Source of the DNA: Croceimicrobium sp.
Lineage (GTDB): Bacteria; Bacteroidota; Bacteroidia; Flavobacteriales; Schleiferiaceae
Length of the DNA stretch: 64,000 bases
Assembly (NCBI GenBank): GCA_965279135.1
Contig: OZ257133.1
Location: 475,274 to 539,273, forward strand
Reading direction: 5' to 3'
Below, piece after piece: positions 59,018-64,000 of the stretch. The position numbers and the translations under genes are program-made. How positions within the stretch are numbered: position 1 is the stretch's first letter; every line of letters begins with the position of its first letter. A model generated the notes under the pieces. The model made no database searches, was not told the DNA's origin, and saw nothing but the letters and a program-made list of their open reading frames with translations.

Positions 59018-59722
59018 ATGCCTAGTCTATCCGATCAAAAGTTAATCCGAAAGCTTCGTCAACGTAAGTATCGCTGGCAAGAGAGGCTTTTTGTAGCTGA
59101 AGGTCCTAAGTTAGTACAAGATATACTCAATTCAGGCTTAGAAGCTCAGGCAATTTGGTCGACCGAAGAATTTGCTGACGCTGAAGAGATTAGTGAGAGG
59201 GACTTGCAAAAGCTTAGTCATCTAAGCACCGCAAACAAGGTGTTGGCTATTTTTCCTTTTCCGGAATTTCATGCAACCCGAGAGAATCGATTACTGATTT
59301 TAGATGGAATTAATGATCCTGGGAATTTAGGTACCCTGCTCCGAACTGCGGATTGGTTTGGTTTTCAAAAAGTGATTTGTACGGCCGGCACCACGGATGT
59401 TTACAATGCAAAAGCAGTGCAAAGTACCATGGGATCATTGTCAAGGTTGTCTATCGAATATCTTGAGATTGAGGAAATTCAGAGCTCTTATCCCCAGCAT
59501 CTCTTTCTGATTGCAGATATGGATGGAGCGGATTTTAGGCAGGTGTCTGTGAGTAAAGAAGCTTCCTTGGCTTTGGTTATGGGTAGCGAAAGTCACGGGC
59601 CATCTGATGTTTGGGGGAACCATGCGAAAAAGCTTACCATTCCGAAGCCGTCTACTTCTGAGATTGATAGTCTAAATGTGGGTATCGCTGCCGCTATTCT
59701 GATGCAGCACTTTGCAATCTAG
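59018..59722 (+). CDS. TrmH/SpoU-family RNA 2'-O-methyltransferase
   Basis: DGINDPGNLGTLLRTADWFG, LVMGSESHG and SLNVGIAAAI. Confidence 0.85.
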   Translation: MPSLSDQKLIRKLRQRKYRWQERLFVAEGPKLVQDILNSGLEAQAIWSTEEFADAEEISERDLQKLSHLSTANKVLAIFPFPEFHATRENRLLILDGINDPGNLGTLLRTADWFGFQKVICTAGTTDVYNAKAVQSTMGSLSRLSIEYLEIEEIQSSYPQHLFLIADMDGADFRQVSVSKEASLALVMGSESHGPSDVWGNHAKKLTIPKPSTSEIDSLNVGIAAAILMQHFAI

Positions 59723-60563
59723 CCTTTTGGCGCAGGCGAGCTTTTAATAAGATATTGAACAGTACTCCGGCAACTACCAGTACCATACCGACCAACACTG
59801 GCCATTGGTAGGTATATCCAAAAAGGAAATAGTCGAATCCAAGCGCAAAGATTACTCCCAGGTATTTAAAAGCCGTTATTTCATTGGCTTCCACCAATTG
59901 CAATGCCTTGGTCATATTTACCTGAGCAATTTGGGTGAGAATTCCCATCAATAATAACAATCCCCATTCCCAGCCAATGGGCGTTACCCAATTGAAATAG
60001 GAGATCACGGCCATCACGGGGGTAGCCACCAATGGGAAATAGAGGACTACAACCAGAGGATGATCCGTATTCTTAACCTTGCGGATAAAGTTATATGCTA
60101 ATCCAGCAAACAGAGAGGAGCTTATACCTAGCAAAAAGAGCATGGGGCTGATTTCAGAATCAAAGCCCTTTATTAGGGCGATACCGGCGAAACTAACTGC
60201 GAAAAAGGCCCATTGCCACCATTTCACCTTCTCTTTTAAAATGAAAATCCCGAAAAGAGCAGTGAAGATAGGAGAGAGGTATTGTAAAGTAATGGCGGAG
60301 CCAAGTGGCAATTTTTGAAGGGTGTAAAAGAATAGCGATAAAGCAGTAACTCCAGCTAGACCTCTACCAAGGAGATAACCCTTTTGATTCCCCCAGGGGC
60401 TGAGGTTTCGGCGACGGATAAAATAGAGACTGAGGAAGAGTGAAACGATGGACCGAAATAAGACTAATTCCGTGGCAGGCAGTCGATCCAGGTATTTTAC
60501 AGTCAGGTTCATTAAGGAAAATCCCAGGACTGAGATGAGCATAAAACCAACCGCTTTCTTCAT
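59694..60563 (-). CDS. DMT-superfamily (EamA) transporter
   Basis: Ten TM helices, two EamA halves. ATG at 60563. Confidence 0.75.
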   Translation of the reverse strand: MKKAVGFMLISVLGFSLMNLTVKYLDRLPATELVLFRSIVSLFLSLYFIRRRNLSPWGNQKGYLLGRGLAGVTALSLFFYTLQKLPLGSAITLQYLSPIFTALFGIFILKEKVKWWQWAFFAVSFAGIALIKGFDSEISPMLFLLGISSSLFAGLAYNFIRKVKNTDHPLVVVLYFPLVATPVMAVISYFNWVTPIGWEWGLLLLMGILTQIAQVNMTKALQLVEANEITAFKYLGVIFALGFDYFLFGYTYQWPVLVGMVLVVAGVLFNILLKARLRQKARLQSAASE

Positions 60564-60636
60564 GGGCGGCAAAGGTCGGCTTTTCGACTGGCTTGCAGGT
60601 CCGAATAGAGAATTGCTATTCCTTTATTTCAGAATT

Positions 60637-60697
60637 CCGCAAAGAAGCGAAGCAGGCAAAGCAGGCAAAGCAGGCAAAGCGGGCAAAGCAGGCAAAG
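60637..60697. repeat. purine-rich microsatellite CCGCAAAGAAGCGAAGCA followed by (GGCAAAGCA)x~5
   Basis: Read directly from the sequence. 9-nt period. Confidence 0.9.
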
Positions 60698-60790
60698 TCA
60701 AATCTTAGTTATCTCTATTCCGAAGACCTTAATCTGTTATTGCGGTACCTAACATTTAGACTAAATTAGAACTCCTCAAAGACCAGAAAT

Positions 60791-61132
60791 ATGATCAAAA
60801 AGATTCTTACTCTCGCCTTTATCACTTTTACCATTGCCGGTTGCGCGATATTTCAATCTCCATCGGAGCCTGCTGTTAAGGTTAGCTATGCCACCGATAT
60901 TGCTCCAATTATTGCCACGAAGTGTAGCCCCTGCCATTTTCCTGAAAAGGGTAAAGTTGCCTACCTACACACTTATGAATTAGTGCGCAGGGAGATTAGT
61001 GATATTCTGTATCGGGTGCAATTGAAACCCAGTTCAAAAGACTATATGCCTTTTAAGCAGAAAAAGGAAGCTGTAACAGAGGCAGAAGTTGCCTTGATGC
61101 AACAATGGAAGGCGGAGGGATTCGCGAAATAA
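60791..61132 (+). CDS. small lipoprotein with a c-type heme-binding motif
   Basis: Lipobox IAGC and CSPCH (CxxCH). Confidence 0.65.
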   Translation: MIKKILTLAFITFTIAGCAIFQSPSEPAVKVSYATDIAPIIATKCSPCHFPEKGKVAYLHTYELVRREISDILYRVQLKPSSKDYMPFKQKKEAVTEAEVALMQQWKAEGFAK

Positions 61133-61216
61133 CTTGAGGTGTCTATCCAAGTTTTGCTTGACAACCGGATTATTTCAAATACAGATTTTGCCCTAATTTA
61201 AATGGCTTAGTGTTTT

Positions 61217-61576
61217 ATGCGACCAATAAATGTGCGTAGGAAGTTTGATGAAGTTAAGGATCATTGGGATCCGCATGTTGTGGGTGAGCTCAATGGTCAA
61301 CAGGTGAAGATCGCTCGCTTAAAAGGAGAGTTTGTACGGCATCAACATGAAGAGGAAGATGAAATGTTTCTGGTGATAGAAGGGGAGTTACAAATGGAAT
61401 TTGATGATCGAACCGAAACAATCAACGAAGGGGAATTCATTATTGTTCCAAAAGGTATTTATCATAAACCAATTGCTCGTGAAGAGGTGAAAGTAATGCT
61501 CTTTGAACCGGCTACTACCTTGAATACGGGCGATATAGAATCAGATTTCACTAAAAAGAATCTAAAACATATCTAG
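61217..61576 (+). CDS. cupin-domain protein
   Basis: HQHEEEDEMFLVIEGEL...GEFIIVPKGIYHKP. Confidence 0.75.
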   Translation: MRPINVRRKFDEVKDHWDPHVVGELNGQQVKIARLKGEFVRHQHEEEDEMFLVIEGELQMEFDDRTETINEGEFIIVPKGIYHKPIAREEVKVMLFEPATTLNTGDIESDFTKKNLKHI

Positions 61577-61579
61577 GTT

Positions 61580-61873
61580 TTGTCCAGGGAATCAATTCTA
61601 TATTGGCGTATTCCGGCCTACCTGATTATCATTAGCAACCTGGCTTTTCATCTCATTGCTTCGGTTCAGATTATAGCCACTGGTGGAGGCCCTTGGGGTT
61701 GGGGATTGTTGCTATTGCCGATCACCATGATTGCACATATTTTCTTGCTCGTAGCGATTCGAAGTTTGATCCATAAAGAGCCCAGTTTGAGTTTGAGAAT
61801 CTGGACTGTCCTAGGCGCACTCTGGTGCCTCGCCTGGATGGCTTTTTTGGGACCTAGCTTTTATACTTCCTAA
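61580..61873 (+). CDS. hypothetical small membrane protein
   Basis: Three hydrophobic helices. TTG start, and it overlaps the convergent gene end, so this is a weak call. Confidence 0.35.
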   Translation: MSRESILYWRIPAYLIIISNLAFHLIASVQIIATGGGPWGWGLLLLPITMIAHIFLLVAIRSLIHKEPSLSLRIWTVLGALWCLAWMAFLGPSFYTS

Positions 61874-63419
61874 GATATTCCTCCACCGACTCCGCGCAAC
61901 GTTCACCATCCATTCCTGCGCTTACTATTCCGCCTGCAAAACCTGCGCCTTCGCCAGAGGGGAATAGATTCTCGATTTCCGGATGTTGGTAGGTCTCTTT
62001 ATTGCGGGGAATCCGAACAGGCGATGAAGTACGGCTTTCAATTCCCACAATATTTGCTTCATTGGTATAATAGCCAGGCATCTTTTTGCCGAACTCAACA
62101 AAAGCCTTTTGGAGTCGGGTTGCCATAAAGGCCGGCAAAATTTGATGCATTGCCTTTGAGACAAGACCTGGTATATAACTGCTGGGATTGAGCTCTGAGC
62201 TGATGCGACCCTTCACAAAATCAATAAGTCTTTGCGCTGCCGCTTGCTGTGTGGATCCGCCTGCTTCCCAGACCTTTTGCTCTACATGCTTTTGAAACTC
62301 TAGTCCTGCCAAAGGACCATGCTTTGAATAATCCTTTAGATCTTCCAGCTCAATAGCTACTACTATGCCGCTATTGGCGAATTCATTGTCTCGTTTACTC
62401 GGACTCATGCCATTTACTACTAATTCGTTTTGCGCAGTAGCGGCCGGCACAATAAATCCTCCAGGACACATACAGAAGCTGTATACTCCTCGGCCTTCTA
62501 CCTGTTGAACCAACTTATAAGCAGCGGCGGGGAGTATCTCATCAAATTCATTTCCGTGATACTGAATCTTATTGATCAGTTTTTGGGGATGCTCTACCCG
62601 GACCCCCATCGCGAAAGGCTTGGCTTCTAAGCGAATTCCTTCTTTGTTTAGGAGATAATAGATGTCCCGAGCAGAGTGACCGGTTGCTAATATCAAGGCT
62701 TTAACCGGCCATAGCTCCCCATTCTGTGTTTTAATTGCAGTGATGCGATTTCCCTCCTGTTTTAGGCCAGTCATTCGGGTTTCGAAATGGATTTCGCCTC
62801 CATATTTCAAGACCGTTTCCCGCATGGCCTGAACAATCTTGGGGAGTTTATTGGTACCAATATGCGGATGAGCCTCAAAAAGAATATCCTCTACTGCACC
62901 ATGGTCGACTAAAGAATCGAGGATGCGTTGCATGTTTCCACGTTTCTTGCTGCGCGTGTACAGTTTGCCGTCGGAGTAGGTGCCTGCTCCCCCTTCACCA
63001 AAGCAATAGTTTGAATCGGCATCGACCTTGTTATCGCGATTTACCGCCTTCAGATCCCTGCGACGACTGCGCACATCTTTTCCTCTTTCGAGAACTACTG
63101 GTTTCAATCCCAGCTCAAGGCAGCGCAGTGCAGCCCACATTCCCGCTGGTCCAAAACCGACGATATGTACTTCTGGGGCTTGACTTACATCAGCATATTT
63201 GAAAAGCGTTTTTTCTCTGGGAGGTAGATTCCCATCGGTAGAGTAGCTGATACTTAGGTTTACCTTAATCTTTCGCCCACGCGCATCTATATTGCGGCGT
63301 TCATGACGATAATTAAGGAATTCATCAGCTCCGATTTTTAAGACTTTGCGAAGCTGTGCTTCAAGTTGGTCCGGATCATAAGCGATCTCCGGTCCTAAAC
63401 TAAGCTCCAGCAAAGGCAT
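61854..63419 (-). CDS. FAD-dependent oxidoreductase (COG2509-like)
   Basis: VHIVGFGPAGMWAA dinucleotide motif; 521 aa. Confidence 0.75.
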   Translation of the reverse strand: MPLLELSLGPEIAYDPDQLEAQLRKVLKIGADEFLNYRHERRNIDARGRKIKVNLSISYSTDGNLPPREKTLFKYADVSQAPEVHIVGFGPAGMWAALRCLELGLKPVVLERGKDVRSRRRDLKAVNRDNKVDADSNYCFGEGGAGTYSDGKLYTRSKKRGNMQRILDSLVDHGAVEDILFEAHPHIGTNKLPKIVQAMRETVLKYGGEIHFETRMTGLKQEGNRITAIKTQNGELWPVKALILATGHSARDIYYLLNKEGIRLEAKPFAMGVRVEHPQKLINKIQYHGNEFDEILPAAAYKLVQQVEGRGVYSFCMCPGGFIVPAATAQNELVVNGMSPSKRDNEFANSGIVVAIELEDLKDYSKHGPLAGLEFQKHVEQKVWEAGGSTQQAAAQRLIDFVKGRISSELNPSSYIPGLVSKAMHQILPAFMATRLQKAFVEFGKKMPGYYTNEANIVGIESRTSSPVRIPRNKETYQHPEIENLFPSGEGAGFAGGIVSAGMDGERCAESVEEYLRKYKS

Positions 63420-64000
63420 TTACTCAAAGGTGAAATTGATAAGCAGGGCCCGACTATAAACACCTTGTAAACCAGCCGCCAGGAAAGTATCATCATCCAC
63501 CTTTTGATTTGTGATACCAAAGGAGTAGATGATTTGGGGAGAGAACTTGAAGAATTCAAAATATAGATCTACCCCTATTCCCAGGTCATAATTAATCTCA
63601 TTACGACGTAGTTTAAATACCCGGTCATCTTCCACGTCTTCATCGCTGGAGAGGTCTAAATTGTATTTGGGCCCGGCAATGAGATACATCCGGTAATTCC
63701 CAATTCGATCTGCTCTAAACTTGGCATAAATCGGAAACTCAAGAAAGGAGGATTCAATCTGGCGTTCCACCAACTCCCTTCTACGGGTAAATTGGTTCAT
63801 AATATCAAACCGAAGGGTGCGTAGGGTAAAAGCATAACCCGGGCTAAAACGAAGATCCCAGTGATCGTTCAATCTAACCTTACTGATTATTCGGATGCTG
63901 TAACCAGGAGAGGTTTCAGAGTATACGCGATAATAACCAGGTAGCTCAGTGCTTAGATCGGGAAGGGTCCGTGTTCTTAGATCAATGTAATTCAGTCCAA
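63420..64000 (-). CDS. outer-membrane beta-barrel (PorT/OmpA-beta-barrel-like) protein; the 5' part lies beyond the window
   Basis: The frame stays open upstream of the track's TTG start all the way to position 64000 (my translation). Alternating beta-strand pattern, ending ...LLINFTFE. Confidence 0.6.
   Translation of the reverse strand, partial: GLNYIDLRTRTLPDLSTELPGYYRVYSETSPGYSIRIISKVRLNDHWDLRFSPGYAFTLRTLRFDIMNQFTRRRELVERQIESSFLEFPIYAKFRADRIGNYRMYLIAGPKYNLDLSSDEDVEDDRVFKLRRNEINYDLGIGVDLYFEFFKFSPQIIYSFGITNQKVDDDTFLAAGLQGVYSRALLINFTFE

Noticed and set aside
60448-60708. 86-aa ORF ending in AGKAGKAGKAGK
   Set aside because: The open frame is created by the 9-nt microsatellite and by the antisense of the DMT transporter N-terminus.

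Overview
The window looks like a chromosomal segment from a Bacteroidota, probably Flavobacteriia-like. The evidence is five secreted proteins with T9SS C-terminal sorting domains, TAnnTTTG-type -7 promoter boxes, and a tmRNA encoding the tag GENNFALAA. Most of it is densely packed housekeeping DNA:
- ftsH (5' part), rsfS, birA, pyrE, coaD, ddl and dinB.
- A tightly coupled heme cluster, hemA-C-D-E-F-B-[insert]-L, with a divergent AraC regulator and hemH.
- typA, a yceI-family gene, tex, and the arsenic operon arsR-arsC-ACR3.
- A PAS histidine kinase with a receiver protein, and a GH16 glucanase.
- ssrA, a glycine-lipid-type acyltransferase pair, rpe, rpoD, pnp, rpsO, accD, fbaB, and an Omp85-family protein.

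Four places are not ordinary:
1. 36.03-36.53 kb is an ORF-poor spacer between a TPR gene and a slipin (SPFH) gene. It holds a perfectly tRNA-dimensioned but circularly permuted tRNA mimic whose acceptor-like stem is capped by GAAA. A second T-arm and further GAAA-capped or alternative helices follow. This is my best candidate for something undescribed.
2. 43.4-46.9 kb is an AT-rich islet abutting the 3' end of ssrA. It carries three different nuclease folds (HNH, Mrr-cat PD-(D/E)xK, GIY-YIG) and toxin-antitoxin debris, but no integrase.
3. About five tandem ~105-bp hairpin repeats sit directly against the tmRNA 3' end.
4. A GxxExxY gene cassette is bracketed by a perfect 19-bp inverted repeat and inserted inside the heme operon. 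Related 8-9-nt purine-rich microsatellites occur at two other intergenic loci.

I saw no CRISPR array, rRNA, canonical tRNA, transposase or integrase.
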